DNA from: a bacterium
Lineage (GTDB): Bacteria; Patescibacteriota; Minisyncoccia; UBA6257; GWB1-50-10
Assembly (NCBI GenBank): GCA_021814835.1
Contig: JAKAHO010000002.1
Span: forward strand, 1-33,056
Direction of reading: 5' to 3'
DNA: 33,056 nucleotides
The notes beneath the pieces were generated by a model that was given only the letters and a program-made list of their open reading frames with translations, made no database searches and was not told the DNA's origin. The position numbers and the translations under genes are program-made. The number at the start of each line of letters is the position of its first letter. Positions within the stretch are counted from its first letter, which is position 1. Below, in pieces: positions 1 through 7,963 of this stretch.

Positions 1-433
1 GATTGCGAACCGATGTCCGCACATGGGCGCTTTTCCCTGCAATAACGCCGAATCCCGGCTGTCCCGACTCAAGTTCCTCGGCAAGCATAGCGCCCCCGAT
101 ATACGCAATCGGCTGACCCGCGTGGAGTTCGCGGGTGAGAAATTCATATGATGTCTCGCCTCTCGCTTGTTGCAATCCCTTTGAAATGGTAACCGCAACG
201 GTATCGCGATGCACAAACGGACGCACCTGTTTTAATGCCCCCGGCAGGCACCACGAGGGCACGCACAAGAAAAGAAATTGCGCGTGCGGCACTATTTCAA
301 AAAGCGACTTCTGGCCTTGCACCTTGCCGGGGCAGATATCCCAGCATTGCACAACATGCCTCGAGCGCCCGACAAGCGACCGCATTGCCCGCCCCATCTC
401 TCCCATTCCCACGATAACCACACGTGGTTTCAT
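1..433 (-). CDS. gpsA: NAD(P)H-dependent glycerol-3-phosphate dehydrogenase-like protein, N-terminal part (gene runs off the window start)
   Basis: Hand translation of the minus strand from ATG at 433 is open to position 1: MKPRVVIVGMGEMGRAM...ISKGL...IGGAMLAEEL. It has an N-terminal Rossmann-like G-x-G-x-x-G, and the ISKG / GxxxAxE pattern resembles GpsA. The ORF is not in the supplied track because it has no stop inside the window. Confidence 0.55.
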   Translation of the reverse strand, partial: MKPRVVIVGMGEMGRAMRSLVGRSRHVVQCWDICPGKVQGQKSLFEIVPHAQFLFLCVPSWCLPGALKQVRPFVHRDTVAVTISKGLQQARGETSYEFLTRELHAGQPIAYIGGAMLAEELESGQPGFGVIAGKSAHVRTSVRN

Positions 434-440
434 ATATTCA

Positions 441-1088
441 TTATACCTTTAATTTCGAAACAGGACACTCGGAATGATTGTGTTTTTTTGCCGAGCAATA
501 TTCCCTTCCGTACATAATAATGCGCAATGAAAGATTGCGCCATTCGCCGCGCGGAATTATTTCCATAAGGTCGCGTTCGATTTTTTCGGGGTCTATATTT
601 TCGGTAAGCCCCCAAAGACGCGTAAGGCGCCGCACGTGCGTATCCACCGCGACTCCCTCCACAATGCCGTACGCGGCTTCCAGAATCACATTAGCAGTCT
701 TCCTTCCTACGCCGGGAATGGTAATAAGCTCCTCCATCGTGCAGGGAACCTTCCCGTCAAATTGCTCCTTCACAAGTTTTGCGGCTAAAAGAATATTCTT
801 TGCCTTGTTGCGGTAAAAACCCGTAGACTTTATATCTTTCTCAAACGCTGACTGCTTCGCGCGGAGATAATCCTCAAACTTCGGATACTTCTTGAACAAA
901 TCCGCAGTTACCTCATTTACTTTTTTGTCGGTGCATTGCGCGGAGAGCACCACCGCAACCAAAAGCTCCCAAGGATTGCTATGATTCAGCGAAACGCGTA
1001 TCTCGGGGTACAGTTTTTTAAGCAGCGCGATTATTGCCGCTGCTTTTTTCCTCCGCTCAGCAAGAAGCGCCCCGCTCATTTTTTTCAT
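441..1088 (-). CDS. nth: Endonuclease III (HhH-GPD base-excision DNA glycosylase)
   Basis: 215-aa ORF. It has an Nth-like core (LVAVVLSAQCTDKKVN) and a helix-hairpin-helix GPD motif (LITIPGVGRKTANVIL ... VDTHV). The C-terminus carries only two Cys (C-x9-C) instead of the usual four Fe-S ligands. Confidence 0.85.
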   Translation of the reverse strand: MKKMSGALLAERRKKAAAIIALLKKLYPEIRVSLNHSNPWELLVAVVLSAQCTDKKVNEVTADLFKKYPKFEDYLRAKQSAFEKDIKSTGFYRNKAKNILLAAKLVKEQFDGKVPCTMEELITIPGVGRKTANVILEAAYGIVEGVAVDTHVRRLTRLWGLTENIDPEKIERDLMEIIPRGEWRNLSLRIIMYGREYCSAKKHNHSECPVSKLKV

Positions 1089-1109
1089 ATGCGTCCAAAT
1101 TCCCCGCGT

Positions 1110-1199
1110 CTAGTGATACGCAAGCGCCGAATATCCGAGATATGCGAACACAAGTCCTACAATTATGAAAATCCAAAATTCAACATGCTTCATATCCAT
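1110..1199 (-). CDS. Possible 29-aa hydrophobic micro-protein (MDMKHVEFWIFIIVGLVFAYLGYSALAYH)
   Basis: Hand-translated small ORF between hpf and nth. Its ATG overlaps the hpf stop codon as TAATG, which suggests translational coupling. It encodes a single predicted TM helix. I can assess no homology. Confidence 0.25.
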   Translation of the reverse strand: MDMKHVEFWIFIIVGLVFAYLGYSALAYH

Positions 1200-1546
1200 T
1201 ATTCGCTGTACTTGGTTTTCCTGCCCGATTGCGACGTCGTCTTCTCTTTATATTTACGGAGCTCAAGCTTCAGCAAATCTTTCACATCATCGATTGCCGC
1301 CCGCGCATCCGAATTCTCCGCCTCAACGCGGATAGTTTTACCGGGAAGTCCAAGCGTTACTTCGGCATAATACACATCCCCATGCGTGTGATGGCGCGAG
1401 GTCCGTGCAAGTTCGCAGAACACAGTAAGCTCCTCCTTCTCTTCAAACCGCGTAATGATATCCTCGCACGAACCTATCTTCTCTTCGATGTATTCCTTAA
1501 TGGCGGGCGTAAGCTCCAGCTTGGTGCCCATAATGTTGATTATCAT
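1199..1546 (-). CDS. hpf: Ribosome hibernation promoting factor / ribosome-associated inhibitor (S30AE family, short form)
   Basis: 115-aa ORF. The N-terminus (MIINIMGTKLELTPAIKEYIEEKI) and overall length are typical of HPF/RaiA. Confidence 0.85.
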   Translation of the reverse strand: MIINIMGTKLELTPAIKEYIEEKIGSCEDIITRFEEKEELTVFCELARTSRHHTHGDVYYAEVTLGLPGKTIRVEAENSDARAAIDDVKDLLKLELRKYKEKTTSQSGRKTKYSE

Positions 1547-1553
1547 AGTGTTA

Positions 1554-1559
1554 ATTATA
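1554..1559 (-). promoter_or_regulatory. Candidate -10 box (TATAAT) 7 nt upstream of the hpf ATG; possible leaderless transcript
   Basis: The minus strand reads ...CTTAGTATAATTAACACTATG. The hexamer is a perfect match; the -35 is weak (TTCTGA at 17 nt). Confidence 0.3.
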
Positions 1560-1565
1560 CTAAGA

Positions 1566-1595
1566 AATCCCGCCTCTCAGAAGTGAGGCGGGATT
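1566..1595 (-). terminator. Intrinsic terminator-like hairpin downstream of the 615-aa repeat protein gene
   Basis: The stem is a perfect 11 bp (AATCCCGCCTC / GAGGCGGGATT) with an 8-nt loop. It is followed on the minus strand by the moderately U-rich UUUCUUAGU. Confidence 0.45.
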
Positions 1596-1601
1596 GTTAT
1601 C

Positions 1602-3449
1602 TCAATATCCTGACGGAGGTAATACAGGAACCGCTCCTGCGGGCGGCATCATACCGGGAGCCCCTCCGGGCGCAGCTTGAGGACCCATCTGCGCCATACA
1701 CTGCGAAATCTTCAAGCTGATGTCTGCGGGTACTGGAACCTCGCCGCTCTTTATTTTATCGTACATTTCCGATCCATATGCAGCATTGAGACAGCTCTCG
1801 GCTATCGGGGGAAACTGCGGTAGAGGACCGCCGCCCATCACCCCCTGCGTCGTTCCTGAACCGCCATTCACTCCCTGCGGAAGCAACGGCATTCCTTGGG
1901 GCAGCTGCGGCATCATCTGCTGTGGCCCCTCGGGCTGAAATTCTTTCGTGCATCCTTCGATAATGGACGGTAAATTCGAGGGGGGTTCAGCGGCCGCGCT
2001 CGTGTCGCCGAGTTTTGCGCGGATACACGTCTGCAATTGCGGGGGCATCTGCCGGAGTTGCGCATTAAATCCTCCGACTGCGCCTCTCACGCATTCCTGC
2101 ATAATAGTACTCATCTCGGGCGTTACTTCCGCTGTGCCTGATTTCAACTTGCCCAACGTTTCACCGCCAAGTTTTTCCGCAAGACACGACTCCGCTCCGG
2201 GCGGCAGATTCGTAAATGCGCTCCTCATACGCACGGCGCCCTGCTGCGCCATACTCTGGAAACAAGTGCGCAAGGCCTCCCCTTTATCGGGTGATGGCGC
2301 ATCCCCGGCGCGAATCTTCTGCAAATCAATCGTACCCACATTCTCTTCTATGCACTTCATCACTTCAGGCGGCGCCATTTTGAGCCCTTGTTCAAACTTA
2401 TCTTTTACTTTCGCCATCTGACTCTCGAAACACGTTTTCACCGATTCGCCTATTTTTGGCGTCGGCGTAAGCGTTCCGTCTTCTATTTTTGCAATTACGT
2501 CAGATCCAAGATTTTGCGAAAGACACGTCTTCACTTCTTCGGGCGCCTGGGCAAGTCCTGCACGCATACGGCCCATGCCGTCTTTTATTTCCTGAATTTT
2601 ATCAGGAGAAAGAATGCCGTGCTCCTGCGCATACGCAAAGCACTCATCGGCATGCTCCGTTGCATTGCAATATGCATCGCACGCTTCTTTAGATGAACAG
2701 CCGCCGGGTCCCCTGCCTCCGGTCTTTTTTGCGATTGCAAGATCCTCAGGAGAAATAAGCCCCGCCTTTTCCGCAAATGCTATGCACTGATTGAAGTGGT
2801 CGCCGACCGCGCAATACTGCTCGCATGAATCTTTTGATGTGCAGCCGCCGGGAGTCTCTCCATTTTTAATGAACGCGGTCATCTTTCTTGCTTGCGCAAG
2901 TTCCTCGGGCGACAACGTTCCCGCCTTTTCCGCAAATGCTAAACACTCATCCGCGTGTTGACCGCCAGAGCAGTACGCCTCGCACTGGTCTTTTGTCTTG
3001 CATCCGCCGGGCATCGTGGCGCCCGCCGCGAGTGCCGCTTGAATGCGCTTCATCTCGCCAAGTTCGGAAGCGCTCGCAATACCATGCGACTCCGCAAAGG
3101 TTGTGCATGCCTGCAAATGCGATACGTCTGCGCAATACGTTCTGCATGTCTTTTCATCCTTACATCCGCCGGGTCCCTCTCCGCGCAATACATCCGCAAA
3201 CTTTCTCGCGCGTGCCGCCTCATCCTGCGAGATAAGCTTATGGGCCTCGCCGAAATCGGTACACGCAGTAATATGCGCAGTGTCAGTACAATACGCCTTG
3301 CACGCCGCCTGATCGGTACAATTGCCAAGTTCTGCAATCGGATACGTTATCTCGGGAGTCTGCGCATGTACCGCAATCGCCACGCTCACAAATATTCCTG
3401 TCGCAAGAACGAGTGCGGGCAAGAATGCGGATAAAGTTATTTTTTTCAT
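1602..3449 (-). CDS. Secreted cysteine-rich protein with two different families of tandem repeats
   Basis: 615-aa ORF with an N-terminal signal peptide (MKKITLSAFLPALVLATGIFVSVAIAVHAQ). It carries five copies of a ~50-aa four-Cys module and five copies of a ~40-aa two-Cys module, and ends in a Pro/Gly/Met-rich tail. Confidence 0.8.
   Translation of the reverse strand: MKKITLSAFLPALVLATGIFVSVAIAVHAQTPEITYPIAELGNCTDQAACKAYCTDTAHITACTDFGEAHKLISQDEAARARKFADVLRGEGPGGCKDEKTCRTYCADVSHLQACTTFAESHGIASASELGEMKRIQAALAAGATMPGGCKTKDQCEAYCSGGQHADECLAFAEKAGTLSPEELAQARKMTAFIKNGETPGGCTSKDSCEQYCAVGDHFNQCIAFAEKAGLISPEDLAIAKKTGGRGPGGCSSKEACDAYCNATEHADECFAYAQEHGILSPDKIQEIKDGMGRMRAGLAQAPEEVKTCLSQNLGSDVIAKIEDGTLTPTPKIGESVKTCFESQMAKVKDKFEQGLKMAPPEVMKCIEENVGTIDLQKIRAGDAPSPDKGEALRTCFQSMAQQGAVRMRSAFTNLPPGAESCLAEKLGGETLGKLKSGTAEVTPEMSTIMQECVRGAVGGFNAQLRQMPPQLQTCIRAKLGDTSAAAEPPSNLPSIIEGCTKEFQPEGPQQMMPQLPQGMPLLPQGVNGGSGTTQGVMGGGPLPQFPPIAESCLNAAYGSEMYDKIKSGEVPVPADISLKISQCMAQMGPQAAPGGAPGMMPPAGAVPVLPPSGY
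1689..2552 (-). repeat. Five tandem coding repeats (type 2), each with x-x-C-[LI]-x3-[LVY]-G ... K-[IL]-x-x-G ... C
   Basis: Examples are VKTCLSQNLGSDVIAKIEDG...VKTCFES, VMKCIEENVGTIDLQKIRAG...LRTCFQS, AESCLAEKLGGETLGKLKSG...MQECVRG, LQTCIRAKLGD...IEGCTKE and AESCLNAAYGSEMYDKIKSG...ISQCMAQ. Boundaries are approximate. Confidence 0.6.
2595..3326 (-). repeat. Five tandem coding repeats (type 1), each with G-G-C-x5-C-x3-C-x8-C-x2-F-A-E-x-x-G
   Basis: Examples are GGCKDEKTCRTYCADVSHLQACTTFAESHGI, GGCKTKDQCEAYCSGGQHADECLAFAEKAGT, GGCTSKDSCEQYCAVGDHFNQCIAFAEKAGL and GGCSSKEACDAYCNATEHADECFAYAQEHGI. The first copy is more divergent (GNCTDQAACKAYCTDTAHITACTDFGEAHKL). Boundaries are approximate. Confidence 0.7.
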
Positions 3450-3466
3450 AGATTCAGATGATATGA

Positions 3467-3733
3467 TTATTGACCAAAAGGATTCTTATATCCGGTATCA
3501 TACGGATTTGTCTGCGTCTTAAAGGGATTCGTCTCGGGCACATTTGCTGCCGGGTTGGGCGCAGCCTGGTTGTAAATCTGGCCGCCGAGTCCTGCGTCCT
3601 GGGGGCTCGTCACTTTTTCCTGTACTCCTCCCGTTGCAGGCCCAGGTGCGACAACCGGCTGCGTGAGATACCACCATACACCCGCCGCGATGACCAATGC
3701 CCCGACTATCGCGTAGATTAGTGTTTTGCTCAT
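3467..3733 (-). CDS. Small membrane-anchored protein with a low-complexity Pro/Gly/Asn-rich tail
   Basis: 88-aa ORF with an N-terminal TM helix (LIYAIVGALVIAAGVWWYL). It sits co-directionally in a tight gene array. I recognise no family. Confidence 0.55.
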   Translation of the reverse strand: MSKTLIYAIVGALVIAAGVWWYLTQPVVAPGPATGGVQEKVTSPQDAGLGGQIYNQAAPNPAANVPETNPFKTQTNPYDTGYKNPFGQ

Positions 3734-3794
3734 AGTACCTTCAGTATATCAAAAACCACGAATCCCTGTTCGGAAGACGCGCAATAATACGGCG

Positions 3795-4418
3795 CTAGCG
3801 GGAAAAGGGCGCGTTGCACTCGTTGAACATTGATGAATTCTCGAATTTCCAATACTCGGTCGCAAGACTCTTCTTCTCCTCTGCGGAAAGCGTAGCGGGA
3901 AGCTGGGCTTTCGGATTGATAATCATAAGCGCGCTGTCCTTTCTGAACTCAATGCCGTATGAGGAATTTACCCCATACACAATAATGCGTCCGGTTTTCG
4001 CATCAAGAATGACGTGGCAACCCGCCCCGCATCCATCCTTAACCACTGTGTAGCGTCCAGAAAAATTCGGACCGAGTTTTGCCCCATCAATAAGCGGCTG
4101 CTTATTTTCCGCGGGAACGTCATAGGTAGAAAAATCGGGAGCTGCGGGCGCCCCAGAAAAGACCGGCTCCTTAGTAGTAAACTCTTTGAATGAATACAGG
4201 GGACACTTTGTCGGTATCTGCTCGACTATCGAGAGACCCTTCGCTACCTCGCACCTCCGCGGTACGGTGTTTAATACCCGATAACCGGCGCGGGCGCACT
4301 CCTCAAAATTGGTAACAAGAGGTCTGTCCTTCGGAAATACGTAAATAACGAACAAAAAGGCGGCCACGCACGCGACTGCAGTTGCCGCAACAATAAATAT
4401 TCGTACTCCCCGTGACAT
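3795..4418 (-). CDS. Membrane-anchored hypothetical protein
   Basis: 207-aa ORF with an N-terminal TM helix (IFIVAATAVACVAAFLFVIYVF) and several Cys in the extracytoplasmic part. I recognise no family. Confidence 0.65.
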   Translation of the reverse strand: MSRGVRIFIVAATAVACVAAFLFVIYVFPKDRPLVTNFEECARAGYRVLNTVPRRCEVAKGLSIVEQIPTKCPLYSFKEFTTKEPVFSGAPAAPDFSTYDVPAENKQPLIDGAKLGPNFSGRYTVVKDGCGAGCHVILDAKTGRIIVYGVNSSYGIEFRKDSALMIINPKAQLPATLSAEEKKSLATEYWKFENSSMFNECNAPFSR

Positions 4419-4426
4419 ATATATGC

Positions 4427-4435
4427 ATTATACCA
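4427..4435 (-). promoter_or_regulatory. Extended -10 promoter element (TGgTATAAT) 8 nt upstream of the ATG at 4418; possible leaderless mRNA
   Basis: The minus strand reads GTAGTGGTATAATGCATATATATG. The element overlaps the 3' end region of uppS. Confidence 0.4.
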
Positions 4436-5134
4436 CTACGCGCCATGCATGCGCCTGCGCGTCTCGTAATCGAGAAGGGCGCGGTGAAATTCCTTCGCGG
4501 TAAATGAGGGCCAAAATAAATTGGTGAAATACAGTTCGCTGTTTGCGGTAAGCCACATCATAAAGCCTGCTGAAGAGTGCGGTTCCCCGCCCGTGCGGAT
4601 AACGAGATCAACAGGCGGAAGTTCATGCGTCCACAATGATGCTTCAACCGCTTCATTGCTCGGCTTCAATTGATTGCGCTGGATAACTTTAATCGCCTCA
4701 ACCATTTCCCGCTTGCCGTCGTACCCGAGCAGTACGGTAAGGTTATGGTCCGAAAAATGTTTGGTACGGCTCTCAAGCTCGCGCACAAGCTCATTTACCT
4801 TCGTGTCTTTCAATAATTCGCGGAATCTTCCGAAGACGCGTACGCGCACCTTGTGCTTGATAATCGAATCATTCTTCAAAATGTTTGCGAGTTCCCTTCG
4901 GATAAGCGCGAGTAATATTTTTGTCTCCGCAACAGGGCGCTTCGTGAGATTGTCTTCGGATGCCGCCCAAAAGGTAAGGCACTCGACTCCTGAACGGAAC
5001 GCTTCTTCAATAATCACGTGCGTCGCAGCACCCCCCGCAGCATACGCTTTTGTGTAGTTAACTCCCTCCTGCTTTGCCCAGCGCCGGTTACCGTCGGGAA
5101 TCACCGCAATGTGGCGTGGAATCTTTGAAGACAT
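4436..5134 (-). CDS. uppS: Undecaprenyl/isoprenyl diphosphate synthase (cis-prenyltransferase)
   Basis: 232-aa ORF with the hallmark HIAVIPDGNRRWA motif and a C-terminal RTGGE..S.F..W motif (VIRTGGEPHSSAGFMMW). Confidence 0.9.
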   Translation of the reverse strand: MSSKIPRHIAVIPDGNRRWAKQEGVNYTKAYAAGGAATHVIIEEAFRSGVECLTFWAASEDNLTKRPVAETKILLALIRRELANILKNDSIIKHKVRVRVFGRFRELLKDTKVNELVRELESRTKHFSDHNLTVLLGYDGKREMVEAIKVIQRNQLKPSNEAVEASLWTHELPPVDLVIRTGGEPHSSAGFMMWLTANSELYFTNLFWPSFTAKEFHRALLDYETRRRMHGA

Positions 5135-5170
5135 ATGGGTTTTAGTGTACTAGAATGCGCGGTGAGTATC

Positions 5171-5198
5171 AAAAAGCGCCCCATTGTTGGAGCGCTTT
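5171..5198 (-). terminator. Weak terminator-like hairpin after typA
   Basis: The stem is 7 bp (AAAGCGC / GCGCTTT) with a 12-nt loop and a short U tract on the minus strand. Confidence 0.3.
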
Positions 5199-5217
5199 CT
5201 TTGCTGTTATTTCGAAT

Positions 5218-7053
5218 CTATTTTGAACCTTTGGCATCGCGTTCCGCCTTCTTGCGGTCGCCCTCCTTCAGATACGTCTTTCTGATACGGATGGTCTTCG
5301 GGGTCACCTCGACAAGCTCATCGTCGCCGATGTAATCGAGCGCATCCTCAAGCCCCATCTCGCGCGGAACTTCGAGCGACTCCTGAATACCAAAGTTCTT
5401 AGTACGGAAATTCGTGAGTTCTTTTGTGCGGCAGATATTCACCTGGATGTCATCCGCCTTCGCATTCTGGCCGATAACCATGCCCTCATACACCTCAACC
5501 GCAGGACCGATGAACAAGGGTCCGCGGCCCTGCGCCGTAATAAGTCCGTAGCTGTTTGAAACACCCGATTCGGAGCTGACAAGCGAACCGTGCGGCTCTG
5601 CCGGCAAATCGCCTTTGTACTGCTCATAACCGAGGAAAAGACTGTTCATAATTCCCTTACCCTTCGTGCTCGTGAGGAATACGTTGCGGATACCGATAAG
5701 TCCGCGCGTCGGGACCGTAAAGTCCATGTGCGTCGTACCGCGGTCCACGCGCATGTCTTTCATAGCGCCGAGCCTCCGGCCCATCATTTCGATGACAGTT
5801 CCGCCGAACTCCTCAGGAACTTCAAATGAAACCAACTCAACAGGTTCTGTTTTCTTGCCGTCCTGCTCGCGGAAAATAACCTGCGGTTTTGAAACCTCAA
5901 GCTCATATCCTTCGCGGCGCATCTTCTCAATAATAATAGAGAGGTGAAGTTCTCCGCGGCCCGCGACGGTCCACTTATCCGGTGAGTCAGTCGGCGAAAC
6001 AGAAAGCGCTACGTCTGTTTCAAGCTCATGCTCAAGCCTCTCGCGCAAATTGCGTGAAGTTGAGTACTGACCTTCCTTCCCGGTAAAGGGAGATGTGTTC
6101 ACACCGAACACCATCTTGATAGTCGGCTCATCAATCATAATCGGCGGCAACGGCATCGGATTCTCAATATCGGTAATCGTCTCGCCGATGGACACATCAT
6201 CAATACCCGCAATGCCCACGATGTCTCCCGCGCTTACGGATTCCACATCAATGCGCTTCATACCCTCGAAGCCGAGCACGGTAGAAATCTGCACTTTCTT
6301 CGTCTCGCCCTTGCGGTTCACGTGCAATACCTGTGCGCCCTTCTTAAGGGTTCCAGCATAGAGGCGTCCCACCGCAATCTTGCCTTTATAGTTGTCGTAA
6401 AAAAGACTGACCGTAAGCATCTGCAACGGATTTGTTTCTGAAATCTTCGGACCGGGAATGTACTTCACGATTGCGTCAAAAAGCGGAATGACATCGGTCA
6501 TCGTTGAAAGATCGGGAGTGAGTCCCGCCTTGCCCTGTGCGCCTGCGGCGTAAATAACCGGGAAGTTGGACTGCTCGTCTGAAGCGCCAAGCTCGATGAA
6601 CAAATCGAAGGTCTGATCGAGCGCCCACATAGGACGCGCATCCGGCTTATCGATTTTGTTCACTACCACGATTACTTTGTGGCCCGCCTGAATCGCTTTG
6701 CGTAACACGAACTTCGTCTGCGGCATAGGACCTTCCTTTGCGTCCACCAAAAGTAAAACGCCATCCACCATGCGCATAATACGCTCCACCTCTCCGCCGA
6801 AATCGGCGTGTCCCGGAGTATCAACAATGTTGATTTTAAGTCCTTTGTAGTTAATCGAAGCGTTCTTCGAGAAAATCGTAATGCCGCGCTCGCGCTCGAG
6901 CTCGTTCGAATCCATCATAAGGTCCTTGTTCGCGTCCGCCTTCACGTGGAAGTTCTCGGACTGCTTGAGAAGCGCATCAACAAGCGTCGTCTTTCCGTGG
7001 TCGACGTGTGCAATGATGGCGATGTTTCTGATGTCTTCTCGTATCGTATTCAT
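5218..7053 (-). CDS. typA: Translational GTPase TypA/BipA
   Basis: 611-aa ORF. It has G1 (AHVDHGKTT), G3 (DTPGHADF) and G4 (NKID) motifs, and its length and order are typical of BipA. Confidence 0.95.
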   Translation of the reverse strand: MNTIREDIRNIAIIAHVDHGKTTLVDALLKQSENFHVKADANKDLMMDSNELERERGITIFSKNASINYKGLKINIVDTPGHADFGGEVERIMRMVDGVLLLVDAKEGPMPQTKFVLRKAIQAGHKVIVVVNKIDKPDARPMWALDQTFDLFIELGASDEQSNFPVIYAAGAQGKAGLTPDLSTMTDVIPLFDAIVKYIPGPKISETNPLQMLTVSLFYDNYKGKIAVGRLYAGTLKKGAQVLHVNRKGETKKVQISTVLGFEGMKRIDVESVSAGDIVGIAGIDDVSIGETITDIENPMPLPPIMIDEPTIKMVFGVNTSPFTGKEGQYSTSRNLRERLEHELETDVALSVSPTDSPDKWTVAGRGELHLSIIIEKMRREGYELEVSKPQVIFREQDGKKTEPVELVSFEVPEEFGGTVIEMMGRRLGAMKDMRVDRGTTHMDFTVPTRGLIGIRNVFLTSTKGKGIMNSLFLGYEQYKGDLPAEPHGSLVSSESGVSNSYGLITAQGRGPLFIGPAVEVYEGMVIGQNAKADDIQVNICRTKELTNFRTKNFGIQESLEVPREMGLEDALDYIGDDELVEVTPKTIRIRKTYLKEGDRKKAERDAKGSK

Positions 7054-7086
7054 AAAAAATACCTGGGTTTCACAGGCGTGAACTAT

Positions 7087-7115
7087 ATAGTACGCACTAA
7101 ATCGCCTCTTGTCAA
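7087..7115 (-). promoter_or_regulatory. Sigma-70-like promoter upstream of typA (TTGACA-17 nt-TACTAT)
   Basis: The minus strand reads CTTTGACAAGAGGCGATTTAGTGCGTACTATATAG. The -35 is perfect, the spacer is 17 nt and the -10 matches 5 of 6. It lies about 30 nt upstream of the ATG. Confidence 0.45.
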
Positions 7116-7136
7116 AGGCGTCTCCGCGCGCCCCGT

Positions 7137-7892
7137 TTACTGTTTTACCCCTTCCAAATAGAGAAAAATGGGAATCTCCTTGCGAATCTTATTCTCTGCT
7201 GCTGCACGCGGACCGGGCTCGCTCGATTTATGCGAAATCCACTCTTCTATGCCTCTAACGAGCAGTCCCGCTTTCCGCAAAAACTTGAAATACACCTGGA
7301 GCGGTCGGTGGAATGAAAGCGTCACCTCATCAGGCTTGTCTCCCGGGTGCATCTGAATCTTCACGGTACTCTCGGACATATACCCATCAATACGGCGGTA
7401 CTGTTCTTTCAACTCCTCGTCCCAGCCCCAGCTTGAACGCTTCGGCACGCGGAACGCGGGGTGATTCATGACGATATGCACGGACCCTTTCGGCTTTAAG
7501 ACGCGCGCAACTTCCTGGAATACGTTTTGCGCATTCTCAATGTTTTGTATGGCGAGCACTATCACCACCTTGTCGATGCTTGCGTCCTTAATAAATCCAA
7601 GCTCCGTTGCGGGAGAAACGTGATAATCGATATTTGCGGGCTTTCCCTTTTGCGCAATCGCGATTAAGTTTTTCGCGACATCAACACCGATAACGTGCGC
7701 GCCGGCTTCCGCAAACGCGCGCGAGAAAAACCCGGATCCGCACGCAAGGTCAAGAATCGTATCGCCATGCTTGGGCGCCACGACGCGCATCAAATTAGGA
7801 AGTACCACCTCTTTCTGGTAGGTTCCTTCTTTTTCGACAAGTTCGCCGTACCACTCAGCAACATTGCCCCACGATGTCTGTTTGTTCGCCAT
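7137..7892 (-). CDS. Class I SAM-dependent methyltransferase
   Basis: 251-aa ORF with SAM-binding motif I (ILDLACGSGFFS), followed by the acidic post-I motif (VIGVDV) and LKPKG. Confidence 0.85.
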   Translation of the reverse strand: MANKQTSWGNVAEWYGELVEKEGTYQKEVVLPNLMRVVAPKHGDTILDLACGSGFFSRAFAEAGAHVIGVDVAKNLIAIAQKGKPANIDYHVSPATELGFIKDASIDKVVIVLAIQNIENAQNVFQEVARVLKPKGSVHIVMNHPAFRVPKRSSWGWDEELKEQYRRIDGYMSESTVKIQMHPGDKPDEVTLSFHRPLQVYFKFLRKAGLLVRGIEEWISHKSSEPGPRAAAENKIRKEIPIFLYLEGVKQ

Positions 7893-7963
7893 CTCAGATT
7901 ACTATGCTATGAATCTCCCATTCTCGCAAATGTAAGCACAAAACATACTTAACCATCGCAAGG

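Noticed and set aside
1720-1953. Short ORFs on both strands inside the 3' part of the 615-aa gene (1720..1938 +, 1756..1953 -).
   Set aside because: They lie within the Pro/Gly-rich, GC-rich tail region of a gene with a clear signal peptide and repeat architecture. They are off-frame artefacts.
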